The translations under genes were made by a program, and so were the position numbers. Below the pieces are notes generated by a model. The model was not told where the DNA came from. It saw only the letters and a program-made list of their open reading frames with translations, and did no database searches. From positions 1 to 64,000 of the forward strand of contig CAWJZV010000033.1 of assembly GCA_963847445.1 (NCBI GenBank): a stretch of 64,000 nt of DNA, in the 5' to 3' direction. Shown here one piece after another: positions 1 through 8,606 of the stretch. Positions within the stretch are counted from its first letter, which is position 1; every line of letters begins with the position of its first letter. The DNA comes from an uncultured delta proteobacterium (GTDB taxonomy: Bacteria > Desulfobacterota > Binatia > UBA9968).

Positions 1-195
1 ACGCCTCCTTTTGTTTATGGAGAATCTACCTTTCTGTATCGCAGGATCACTACTGCAATCAATGGCTATTGCAGTGAATTCGAAACAGCTTGACTGGAGA
101 ACGGCTAAAAGCGTATCTTGCGCAAGTTTACGAGTCGAGCTTCCGCAATACATTTGCCATTCACCAAGACCGTCGTGAAAAAGGAGAAACAGTCC

Positions 196-825
196 ATGTC
201 CAAGCATCAGCGCATCGTCAGCAATCTCTTATTCTTGTTTGTCGTGTTTCTAACAATTCAGGCGTGCGACAAGAAAGAAGAAGCTAAAACAACCGCTCCT
301 GCTCCTGCGGCTACTCCAGCACCTGCAGCTCAAGCGCCGCAATCTGTTTCGGCGCCCACTCCTGCATCGGCGCCAGCTCCTGAAGCTGCGCCATCGGCCG
401 CGCCCGCGCCTCAGCCCGCGCCGGCGAAAGCCGCGCTCGCGACCTCCGACGGCGAGACCCCTGGAGCGCGCGTCGAGGTTCAGGAGCTCAGGCGTGTCAG
501 CGGCGGGACCGTGATGCTCAGGTTCATGATGATCAATGACGCAGATAAGACCCTCAACGTCGGTTATGCCTATGGCGCAGGTTCAACTAGCGATATCGGT
601 ACCGTCGGCGGCGTGCATCTCATCGAGCCCGTCGGCAAGAAAAAATACCTGGTCGTCCGTGACAGCGAAAACAAGTGCGACTGCAGTAGAGGCGTCAAAG
701 ACATTGCTGCCAAATCGCGTGCAAATCTCTGGGCGAGGTTTCCCGCGCCGCCTGATAACGTCGAGAAGATCGGTGTCGTGATTCCTCACTTCTCGCCGAT
801 GGACGATGTGCCTCTCAGCCGTTGA
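196..825 (+). CDS. Lipoprotein with Pro/Ala-rich linker and uncharacterised C-terminal domain
   Basis: AAGGAG RBS before ATG 196; lipobox-like IQAC; long APAPAA linker; globular C-terminus with CDC; abuts the OmpA gene. Confidence 0.8.
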   Translation: MSKHQRIVSNLLFLFVVFLTIQACDKKEEAKTTAPAPAATPAPAAQAPQSVSAPTPASAPAPEAAPSAAPAPQPAPAKAALATSDGETPGARVEVQELRRVSGGTVMLRFMMINDADKTLNVGYAYGAGSTSDIGTVGGVHLIEPVGKKKYLVVRDSENKCDCSRGVKDIAAKSRANLWARFPAPPDNVEKIGVVIPHFSPMDDVPLSR

Positions 826-836
826 CGACGAGGACC

Positions 837-1388
837 ATGATGATTCTACTACCGGTTTACGTTGTATTGATCGTGGTCGGCATACTTTCCCAGAACGGGT
901 GGGCGGCGGAAGAGCCTCCTCCCGTTGCCAATCCTAAGATCCAGATTTTGGACCTGATCTTTAAAGTAGAAAATCTGGCTGGCAAGATTCAGGATTTGCA
1001 AATCAAGGAGACTGACCTCGAGATTCGCATCGAGCTGGCCGCGGACGTGCTCTTCGATTTCGACAAAGCGGACATCCGATCCGATGCGCAGAACGCATTA
1101 AAGCAGGCCGCCGACATCGTCAGAGACAAGGCCAAGGGCACGGTGCGGGTCGAAGGGCATACCGATGGCAAAGGTTCGGAGTCATACAACCAGAAACTTT
1201 CCGAGCGGCGCGCGAACTCGGTCAAGGACTGGTTCGTCAAAAAAGAGGGCCTGAAAAACGTCAAGTTCAGCACGCGGGGCTTCGGTGCCAAGAACCCCGT
1301 CGCGCCCAACACGAAGCCCGACGGCTCGGACGATCCCGAAGGCCGTCAAAAAAATCGCCGCGTGGAGATTGTTATAAGTAAGAAGTGA
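837..1388 (+). CDS. OmpA/MotB-like peptidoglycan-binding protein
   Basis: Signal/TM segment; motifs VLFDFDKADI, VEGHTD, YNQKLSERRA, NRRVEI. Confidence 0.92.
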   Translation: MMILLPVYVVLIVVGILSQNGWAAEEPPPVANPKIQILDLIFKVENLAGKIQDLQIKETDLEIRIELAADVLFDFDKADIRSDAQNALKQAADIVRDKAKGTVRVEGHTDGKGSESYNQKLSERRANSVKDWFVKKEGLKNVKFSTRGFGAKNPVAPNTKPDGSDDPEGRQKNRRVEIVISKK

Positions 1389-1530
1389 ATCTCAGCTCCA
1401 GGTTCAGCGCTGGTCCGAAAATCATTCTTTGAAGCATGGCCTTATCATTTCTAATTGATGAGGCAGACTTTTTTGTTACTCGCAGCCTCACACGCTTTTT
1501 TACCTTAGCTGTCGAAAGGAGTCTTCTGCC

Positions 1531-2322
1531 GTGAAGAGAATGAAGTGGTTGGCTCACGCCTTCGCCCTGGCGCTCGCGGCGGTGGCGCTGTTTGCCGGTC
1601 ACGTCCCCGCCTCATTAGCCCAACAGAGGCAGCAGTTTCCGCCGAGCTCGCGCAAACCCGCGTGCGGCTGCTACGTCTGCGGTAAGCTCCTTGCCGTGAC
1701 GTTCGAGGACAAGGACTGTTACGGCATCCTTGCCGCCGACGCGTGTGGGGAGAGTTTAGCGAATATGCCAAAAGCGAAGCGCGAGAGCTTCTGCCAGGAG
1801 GTCAAGGCGCGGGTCGGGTTCACCTCCTTTAAAGACTCCTGCCCTGTCTACGCGCCGTACTGTGGGTCGGAGAAAACTGCGGCGCAGGGCCCGGCGAGCG
1901 GCGGCGCTGCTTCGCTGCCGACCGACCCCGACCACGATGGGCTCGCGGATGGTTTCGGTGGCCCGCCGCCGGGGCCACCGACAGGCCAGCTCTCGCCGCC
2001 GCGCCTCGTTCATCTCATCATGGGGGTACCCGGCGGCGGCAAGCCGGTCACCGCGTTTACGGTTTTTCTCGATGGTGCCGCGTGCCTGCTTCCGCTCGCT
2101 GCCAACAATCAGCCGTCCGAGCCGGCAGCGGCGAAACACGTCGTGCGCGGCCGGATCATGCACGGCGACGGCCGCGTTCGGATCGAGGCCGAAGCGAGCG
2201 CGCTTGCGGGCGGCGCGAAGCTCGGGCCGGTCACCGGCGAGGCGAAGGGCAAGGACGCCGCCGCCGTCACCAAGGCCACACGCGTCGTGACGGAGAAAAT
2301 AAAGCTCGTTTGTGCGCGGTAA
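1531..2322 (+). CDS. Secreted Cys-rich hypothetical protein
   Basis: AAGGAG RBS; signal peptide; 8 Cys in N-terminal domain; Pro/Gly linker. Confidence 0.7.
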   Translation: MKRMKWLAHAFALALAAVALFAGHVPASLAQQRQQFPPSSRKPACGCYVCGKLLAVTFEDKDCYGILAADACGESLANMPKAKRESFCQEVKARVGFTSFKDSCPVYAPYCGSEKTAAQGPASGGAASLPTDPDHDGLADGFGGPPPGPPTGQLSPPRLVHLIMGVPGGGKPVTAFTVFLDGAACLLPLAANNQPSEPAAAKHVVRGRIMHGDGRVRIEAEASALAGGAKLGPVTGEAKGKDAAAVTKATRVVTEKIKLVCAR

Positions 2323-2609
2323 CGCGGCCCGCGTCTGGAATCAGCGCCCCAAGCGCCGTCAGGTTCGAGCCTGTCGCAGCGTCAGCGAATAGTTAGTGGT
2401 GCCCGAGGTCTGCCCGGCTTCGAACGTGTGTTCGCCATCCGATTTCAACCTGCCGTCCGGCTCGCTGCGGAGATCGCGAAACGCGTCCCCAAACATGGGA
2501 GCTTCAAAGACCGTCCGAAGTTGGGGCGGCGGATCGAAATCGGACAGCCGCATGATCGAGCAGAAACTCGACACGCCCTGAATCAAGTCGAAAGAAACCA
2601 GGAGGGGAA

Positions 2610-2913
2610 TTGAGACTCTGGGGCAAAGTGGCATGCGGCATGATGTACGTAATCGCCGCGATATTACTCATTGTCTCCGTTGTCGTGCCGGAGGCACGGC
2701 GGGAGTCTATCGCGGTTGCAGCAATCTCGATTGCGATCGCGCTATTCGGAATTCCCGCGCTCGTGAAAGTTTTTTCGTCCTTCACCGGCGACGAGGATAT
2801 CCTCACCAACGGCGTCTTGGGCTCAGCCACCATTACATCTTTAGAGCCTACCGGCTGGCGCTATAACCGACAGTACCCGATTGTAAAATTTAACCTGAAC
2901 GTTGACGCGGGCG
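2610..2913 (+). repeat. 304-bp direct repeat, copy 1 (copy 2 at 3936-4239)
   Basis: Manual alignment at offset 1326: 10 substitutions in the 5' ~130 bp, remainder identical. Confidence 0.95.
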
Positions 2914-3098
2914 TGCGCGTCCGCGGCCTCAGCTATGATGATAGCCGGTCGTTGGTCTTATGTTCGGGGCGCGAAACCCTTGGCAACTCCTATCGCGACT
3001 CATACGGGGCGACATTGCGTTTCGTCAATGGCGACGGCTGGTTCACCGCGAATTTAGTCCTTGTCGGCGTCGTTGCGGCGATTTTTTTGGTTTTATAG
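2610..3098 (+). pseudogene. Truncated chimeric copy of the 5' part of the gene at 3936
   Basis: First 304 bp nearly identical to 3936-4239, then unrelated sequence; GGAGG RBS with TTG start. Confidence 0.7.
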
Positions 3099-3367
3099 CA
3101 GTTACATTTCAGCCACCGCAAACTTCCCGCAGCAAAACTGCCACGCCCTGGTTTGTCGCTCGATCAACTTCGTACGTTGTGGGCCTGCGAGCGTGTGCGG
3201 CGGCAATTTGCGTACGCGGTGGCCCGCTATCAAAGCGAGACAGGAGTGGCACGCGTTCGTGCGGCGGTATTGGCTGCAAATCTCGACGGGGCTCTCGTCA
3301 ACTGCAGCAGTGGTGGCGCGAGACATCAAAGCCGAGTAAAATTTCTGTGTAGGGCCTGGAGGATAAT

Positions 3368-3913
3368 ATGAAACATCCGATTTTAGATCGCCTACCGAAC
3401 AAAAAGCTTTTTATTCCTGTCGTAGCTGCGGCGTTCGCCCTGGTATCGATTGGTTTATTGACGTTTCCGACGTCCAGCTCGGGCCAGCACGCTGGCTGGA
3501 GCGGCTCCGCCGGAATGAAGAGCGGCTGTGTAGGATGGAATTGCGACGGAAAAAATCCGTGCACGGGAATGGGTTGCAGCGACAGCCCGTCTACTAAAGT
3601 ACCGAAACCTGCGAAAACGGGTTCCACGTCGACAGACTCGGGGAAAACCAAACCGAGCAAGAACTCGAAGTCTTCTAACGACTCGACGCACGGGCCGTCG
3701 CAGTTCCCAAAACAACCATCGCAGTTTCCCCACCAGCAACCGTCACAATTCCCACCATCGCAGTTTCCATATCAGGGGCCCTCGCAGTTCCCAAAACAAG
3801 GATCATTGCCAGACGGGCAGGTTCCACAAGAACCATCACAGTTTCCCAAGCTTGAGGGGCAAAAATCGTCAAGCGAGCAGAAAACGCCTTACGGCGCAAA
3901 CAAGCCAAAGTGA
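3368..3913 (+). CDS. Secreted/membrane-anchored low-complexity protein with PSQFP repeats
   Basis: GGAGG RBS; hydrophobic N-terminus; 4-Cys segment; six PSQFP motifs with synonymous codon variation. Confidence 0.75.
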   Translation: MKHPILDRLPNKKLFIPVVAAAFALVSIGLLTFPTSSSGQHAGWSGSAGMKSGCVGWNCDGKNPCTGMGCSDSPSTKVPKPAKTGSTSTDSGKTKPSKNSKSSNDSTHGPSQFPKQPSQFPHQQPSQFPPSQFPYQGPSQFPKQGSLPDGQVPQEPSQFPKLEGQKSSSEQKTPYGANKPK

Positions 3914-3935
3914 ACCGTAATTAAGGCTTTTCGTC

Positions 3936-4877
3936 ATGAAACTCTGGGGCAAAGTGGCAAGCGGCATCATGTACGTAATCGCCGCGATATTCCTCATTGT
4001 CGCCGTTGTCGTGCCGGAGGCACGACGGGAGTCTATCGCGGTGGCGGCAATCTCGATTGCGGTCGCGCTATTCGGAATTCCCGCGCTCGTGAAAGTTTTT
4101 TCGTCCTTCACCGGCGACGAGGATATCCTCACCAACGGCGTCTTGGGCTCAGCCACCATTACATCTTTAGAGCCTACCGGCTGGCGCTATAACCGACAGT
4201 ACCCGATTGTAAAATTTAACCTGAACGTTGACGCGGGCGGCGCGGCTTATCAGGTCGAAATCAAGCAAGCCGTCGATCCGGAATTGCTCGAGCGACTCGC
4301 CTCGGGGGTCGTTGTCGTGGTACGAGTCGATCGGCAGGACCACAAAAGAGTTGTCATCGATTGGCGCGAGCCGAGTCGCGGTGGCACTCAACCAGCTAAA
4401 GACGCATCCGCGCAATCAACCGAACTGCGAGCAAAAAACTCCCTCTGGCCTTTTCTCCGCTGGGGCTTCCTTATCTTCGGTCTGATATTTTTCCGGCTCA
4501 GCTGCGAAGAAGGCGCATTCAAAAAGGGCGGAGTGACAACTCAAGCGGTTGTCCTGCAGAAAACCTACACGCGGGAAACCCAGTCCACGTCGGGAAGTCG
4601 CAGCACCCCCTCGCGGCGCTCGGTGAGCTACAAGTTTACGACGCGGGATGGGCGGACGGTCGAAGGCAGATACGATGTCCTGCCCCAAACCTGGGAGAAA
4701 CTCAAGGAAGGTGAGCCGGTGGTCATAGAATACCTGCCGGATTCGCCGAGCACCAGCCGAATTCCGGATCAGCGCGCGAGCTTCGGGATCTGGAGAATCA
4801 TGGCGCTGGTGCTGTTGGTGTCGAGCACCGTCCTTTTCATAATGGGCTGGCGCCAGAAACGGGCTCGAGCGAAATGA
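3936..4877 (+). CDS. Membrane protein with DUF3592-like domain(s)
   Basis: TM pairs flanking beta-rich segments (VSYKFTTRDGRTVEG...GEPVVIEYLPDSP). Confidence 0.75.
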   Translation: MKLWGKVASGIMYVIAAIFLIVAVVVPEARRESIAVAAISIAVALFGIPALVKVFSSFTGDEDILTNGVLGSATITSLEPTGWRYNRQYPIVKFNLNVDAGGAAYQVEIKQAVDPELLERLASGVVVVVRVDRQDHKRVVIDWREPSRGGTQPAKDASAQSTELRAKNSLWPFLRWGFLIFGLIFFRLSCEEGAFKKGGVTTQAVVLQKTYTRETQSTSGSRSTPSRRSVSYKFTTRDGRTVEGRYDVLPQTWEKLKEGEPVVIEYLPDSPSTSRIPDQRASFGIWRIMALVLLVSSTVLFIMGWRQKRARAK

Positions 4878-4929
4878 CCATTTCACCCCTATCGTTATCT
4901 TCCGCGCCGCGAGGAAATGGATTCTACGC

Positions 4930-5430
4930 ATGCACGTGACACAACGAGACCCGGACACGCTCATCGTCGAAGAGGGCGCCGGCACGGCGATCTTCTTGGG
5001 ATCGATCTGCCTGGGCGTCGGCGCGATTGCCGTCATTATCGGATGGACCAGCGAAAAATGGCTGTTTGTGATCGTAGGCACTATTTTCGCGCTCTTCGGG
5101 TTCAAGATTTTCCTGTTCGGTCGGACGAGAATGCATCGATTCGAGCGCTGGCGCGGCATGCTTGCGATAGACTCGAAGGGGCTGTTGCGATCGGACCGGC
5201 GCGAGTTGCCGCTCGATCGCATCGCGGACGTCGTCCTCGAAGAGATCCGCGGGCGCGGCGGCCCGAGTTATTATATTTACTACGTGACGGCGGACGGAGA
5301 GCGTATCAAGTGGAGCGACTACTACCACGGATCGAAGGAGAATACGCTCGAATGCTTCCAGGCGGCCCGCGAATTCCTGGGAATCGCCAATGCGCCGGCC
5401 GCCGTCGACAATGAGCCCACGCGCGGCTAG
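4930..5430 (+). CDS. Two-TM hypothetical membrane protein with possible bPH-like soluble domain
   Basis: Two hydrophobic helices followed by RELPLDRIADVVLEE. Confidence 0.75.
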   Translation: MHVTQRDPDTLIVEEGAGTAIFLGSICLGVGAIAVIIGWTSEKWLFVIVGTIFALFGFKIFLFGRTRMHRFERWRGMLAIDSKGLLRSDRRELPLDRIADVVLEEIRGRGGPSYYIYYVTADGERIKWSDYYHGSKENTLECFQAAREFLGIANAPAAVDNEPTRG

Positions 5431-5524
5431 CCGAGTGTTTTATGCCCGAATCGTCGCTTGACAGTAAAAAGTTCACGGCCTACCGTCCGCCAAATGAACC
5501 AACTATTCCAATAAAATGTTTTTT

Positions 5525-5745
5525 CGACCCAAGACTCCATCGCTCCATTACGCCAATTTCGTGCTCGTGCTCGTGACTTGCTTGCTCAGCGCGGCAATTG
5601 CATCGGCTCAACCGCTCACTGTCATCCCGAGGGGATACGAAGGATCTCAGAAAGATTTCTCTCTTCGTTCGAAATGACAACGTACGAACTTTGCGTGCTT
5701 TGCGCGAGATATTCCGAGCTTCGCTTGCGGCGTGCCCGCGCTTGG
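5525..5745. repeat. Composite intergenic repeat cluster: CTCCA-type, (TCGTGC)n, TGTCAT..ATGACA palindrome at 5620-5679, TTTGCG-type
   Basis: Each component recurs elsewhere (9618-9684, 36030, 53283, 33640). Confidence 0.8.
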
Positions 5746-5827
5746 CCGATCCCCTTGACACCAAACGAAGTCGCAGCCTAACCTCGCCGCATTCCGATTC
5801 GATAGCGACCAGAAAGGAATTTCCATC

Positions 5828-6877
5828 ATGCAAAATCCCAAAGTCACCAAAGTAATCGATGCCGACGGCCATATTTACGAGAACCACGAGGAAATAGAAG
5901 AATACTTCGAGGGCAAATACCGCGGCATGCGCCGGGCGCGCGCCTATCCGCTGTTTCCTTCCCTCGACGGCTGGCCGCGCGGCCTCGGCGCCGGACGTCC
6001 AGATAAAGTCACGGAGACCAAACCGGAAGATGTCATCAAGTTCGTCGACAACATGGGGTTGGAAAGCACCGTGCTCTATCCAACCGCGGCGCTCGCCATC
6101 GGCTTGGTGCAAGAGCCGGCTTGGGCCTGCGCGGTTTCGCGGGCCTATAACAATTGGTTCCACCACCGCTACATCAAAAAAGACTCGCGCCTGAAAGGCG
6201 TCGCCGTGCTGCCGATTCAAGATCCGCAGAAAGCGGCCGAAGAGCTGCGCTACGCCGTCGAGAAGCTCGACATGGTCGGCGCCTTTCTGCCGTCGGCATT
6301 GGTCATGAGCAAAGCCTTCGGCCATGCCGACTTTGCGCCGATCTTTCGCGAGGCCGAGCAACTCGGCGTCCCTCTGGGCGTCCATGGCGCGCCGAGCCGC
6401 GGCTTCGGTTTCGACTTTTTCGAAGACCAGGGCCAAGTCCACGCCCTCGAACATCCGTTCCCGCTGATGATTCAGTTCACCAGCATCATTTGCGACGGCG
6501 TGTTGGAAAGATTTCCCAAGCTTAAAATCGCCTTCCTCGAAGCCGGCTGCGGCTGGCTGCCCTACATGATGGATCGCCTGGATTATGAATACGAAACCCG
6601 CGGCGCCCGCTCGTTTCCCAACATGAAAAAGAAACCTAGCGACTACGTCAAAGACTGTCCTGTGTACGTCAGCTGCGAACCGGAAGAACATTCCCTTGCC
6701 TATGTGTCGCAAGTCATCGGCGCCGACCGCATCATGTTTCCCTCCGATTATCCCCACGAACGAGTCTACGGTGAGTTTTTGAAAGACATCCCCGAACTGC
6801 TCAAGCGCCCAGAGTTATCCGATGACGCCAAACAAAAAATCCTTTACGACAACGCCAAAGAGTTTTACCGGATCTGA
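5828..6877 (+). CDS. Amidohydrolase family 2 protein
   Basis: IDADGH, AYNNW, GVHG, FLEAGCGW, FPSDYPH. Confidence 0.93.
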   Translation: MQNPKVTKVIDADGHIYENHEEIEEYFEGKYRGMRRARAYPLFPSLDGWPRGLGAGRPDKVTETKPEDVIKFVDNMGLESTVLYPTAALAIGLVQEPAWACAVSRAYNNWFHHRYIKKDSRLKGVAVLPIQDPQKAAEELRYAVEKLDMVGAFLPSALVMSKAFGHADFAPIFREAEQLGVPLGVHGAPSRGFGFDFFEDQGQVHALEHPFPLMIQFTSIICDGVLERFPKLKIAFLEAGCGWLPYMMDRLDYEYETRGARSFPNMKKKPSDYVKDCPVYVSCEPEEHSLAYVSQVIGADRIMFPSDYPHERVYGEFLKDIPELLKRPELSDDAKQKILYDNAKEFYRI

Positions 6878-6886
6878 TCCCTCTTA

Positions 6887-6990
6887 CTTCCTCTCCCTCT
6901 GGGAGAGGACAGAGGTGAGGGCTAGGGTGAGGGTATGTCGTAGGGGCGACCGGCGGTCGCCTTCACCTTATCCCAGAGGGAAAGGAAGCA
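6887..6990. repeat. CCTCTCCC..GGGAGAGG palindromic repeat with nested GTAG REP (6939-6962)
   Basis: cctctccctctgggagagg hairpin; gtaggggcgaccggcggtcgccc closely matches the REPs at the RAYT (49177, 49499). Confidence 0.8.
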
Positions 6991-7005
6991 GAAACGGGAA
7001 AACAT

Positions 7006-7663
7006 ATGCACAAAACAATCACGCGGCGAGCTTTTTGCTCGATGCTCTTGGCTCTTCCCTTTCCTGCTCAGGCGCAGCAGCCGAAGAAAGTCCCGCTGAT
7101 AGGGTATCTATCAAATGGCGATGCAGGGGGACTTCTTGATCCAGGCGGCCAAGAATGCAACCAAGACGATTCCCATCGTTATGATGGGCGCCGGGACGGG
7201 CAAGGCTTTCAATTAGACCTACCGCGACAGGATCGGACCCAGCGGGCTGGGAGATATTCTTTTAGCTCGATTACACTGGGCGGACTGGCCGGCTCGTAGA
7301 GAACCGCGACACGGGCAAGTTTGGCAACGGCTTCTTTGAACAGCTCCAGCCGCTTCCCGCCTAAGCTTCGCCGAAAGAAAGCGCATCGTCGAGCTTGCCG
7401 GCAAATACCGGTTGCCGGCTATTTACCCACAGAAGGAGTTTGTCGATGACGGCGGTCTCATGTCCTACGGGTTTGACTCCACTGATTTGTACCAGCGCGC
7501 CGCCCACTACGTAGACAAGATCTTGAAAGGCACCAAGCCGGCTGATTTGCCGGTACAGCAGGCGACCAAGTTTGAGTTTGTCATCAACTTGAAAGCGGCG
7601 AAGCAGATCGGACTGACACTCTCGCCGGAGTTTCTCTCGCGGGCGAATCGGGTCATTAAGTGA
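7006..7663 (+). pseudogene. Scrambled ABC substrate-binding protein (ABC_sub_bind type) with deletions and an internal inversion
   Basis: Plus strand: AQQPKKVPLIGYL, IQAAKNATKTIPIVM, C-terminus ...GGLMSYG...KFEFVINLKAAKQIGLT. Minus strand 7245-7367: LGGKRLELFKEAVAKLARVAVLY. Confidence 0.85.
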
Positions 7664-7727
7664 CAGCGGTCGAGTGTCGGGGCTCGGCTGTTTTCGAGGT
7701 GGGCATTAAAGCGGCTTTAACGAGGCG

Positions 7728-7931
7728 TTACAGCCGCGAAGAGGTCTTGGTTTTTCGCTCTTTCACCCGTCTATGCTGAGGTTTAACTTGAGCGCTTTGC
7801 TTGGCCGACGAGCGAATGACTATTTGCCCGGTCGAAACGATCACTTCCAGGCGCTTAGCCATATGGCGAAAATATTCCGTCGGAAGAAACAGTCCCTTAG
7901 AAGTAATTCTTATGCCGTCTTTCGTTTCCAT
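7728..7931 (-). CDS. Small basic protein, possibly AbrB/MazE-like
   Basis: IRITSKGLFLP..F..LEVIVSTGQIVIR pattern; overlaps the upstream antitoxin gene. Confidence 0.5.
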   Translation of the reverse strand: METKDGIRITSKGLFLPTEYFRHMAKRLEVIVSTGQIVIRSSAKQSAQVKPQHRRVKERKTKTSSRL

Positions 7932-8113
7932 GGGCGTATCGATGTCGGATTGGCCACTTCGATCTTTTTTACGCGCCCTAATGCGCCGCGTTCCATCACG
8001 AGTGGGGTCGAGTCCTCTTGCAGGTCGAGATCGGTCAAATCATGGGTGGACCAAAACTCATCCTCCTGTTCCCAAGAGTCAAATTTAGGGATGGCCCGCA
8101 ATTTTTTTCCCAT
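7910..8113 (-). CDS. BrnA/CopG-family antitoxin-like protein
   Basis: IPKFDSWEQEDEFWSTHDLTD N-terminal motif; overlaps brnT; GGAG RBS. Confidence 0.75.
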   Translation of the reverse strand: MGKKLRAIPKFDSWEQEDEFWSTHDLTDLDLQEDSTPLVMERGALGRVKKIEVANPTSIRPWKRKTA

Positions 8114-8375
8114 ACTGCTTTCTCTCCTTGGCTGTCATGTCCATGGCAGTCACCAAAAAATAGCGCCCGTTTCCATGGAACTGCAAAACGATTTTGAGGA
8201 GCCGGTCGGTGAGCGTCGCACCCATGACGACGACTCTAACGGGGTCCTGCTTATGCCGCAACCGGATCGCCCGACGATGCGTCAGTGCTTCCTCTATTTC
8301 AAACCGCGTGACTCGATGCTTTGCCCATACTTTCTCTTCAATGAAGGCTTTAACAATGAGTTTGCTGAGCCACAA
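8085..8375 (-). CDS. brnT: BrnT-family type II toxin (RNase)
   Basis: KHRVTRFEIEEAL, G.T..DRLLKIV, LVTAMDMTAKERKQY. Confidence 0.8.
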   Translation of the reverse strand: MWLSKLIVKAFIEEKVWAKHRVTRFEIEEALTHRRAIRLRHKQDPVRVVVMGATLTDRLLKIVLQFHGNGRYFLVTAMDMTAKERKQYGKKIAGHP

Positions 8376-8423
8376 GTTATTTATATATTAAAAGCAATGG
8401 ACCAAGAAAACAATCTGCGGTCA

Positions 8424-8492
8424 ACGGCGAAGCAGATCGGCGTGACGATTGCGCCGGAGGTGTTGGCGCGGGCGACTAAGCTGATCAAATGA
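8424..8492 (+). pseudogene. Orphan 3' end of an ABC_sub_bind gene (TAKQIGVTIAPEVLARATKLIK*)
   Basis: Colinear 69-bp homolog of 7595-7663; both end TGACAG. Confidence 0.85.
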
Positions 8493-8500
8493 CAGAAGTT

Positions 8501-8577
8501 TGTAGGGGCAGGCCCCGTGCCTGCCCTCGGCGCAATTTTACTGTTCGGACGGGCAACCAAGGGGGGTTGCCCCTACA
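8501..8577. repeat. REP doublet (TGTAGGGGC...GCCCCTACA)
   Basis: Two GC hairpins with GTAG/CTAC feet in inverted orientation. Confidence 0.85.
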
Positions 8578-8606
8578 TCGATAAATGATAAGAGGTGCAG
8601 ATCATT

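Noticed and set aside
2610-4239. Diversity-generating retroelement TR/VR pair
   Set aside because: Mismatches are not adenine-specific in either copy (G/C and T/G changes occur), they lie at the 5' end of the gene, and no reverse transcriptase is present.
5480-6757. Long antisense ORFs (also 32157-33212, 48117-48866, 53569-54213, 59716-60459)
   Set aside because: Shadows of clear genes on the opposite strand in GC-rich DNA; no motifs.
7773-8492. 239-aa plus-strand ORF
   Set aside because: Antisense to the TA cassette; only the last 22 codons are meaningful (SBP tail).
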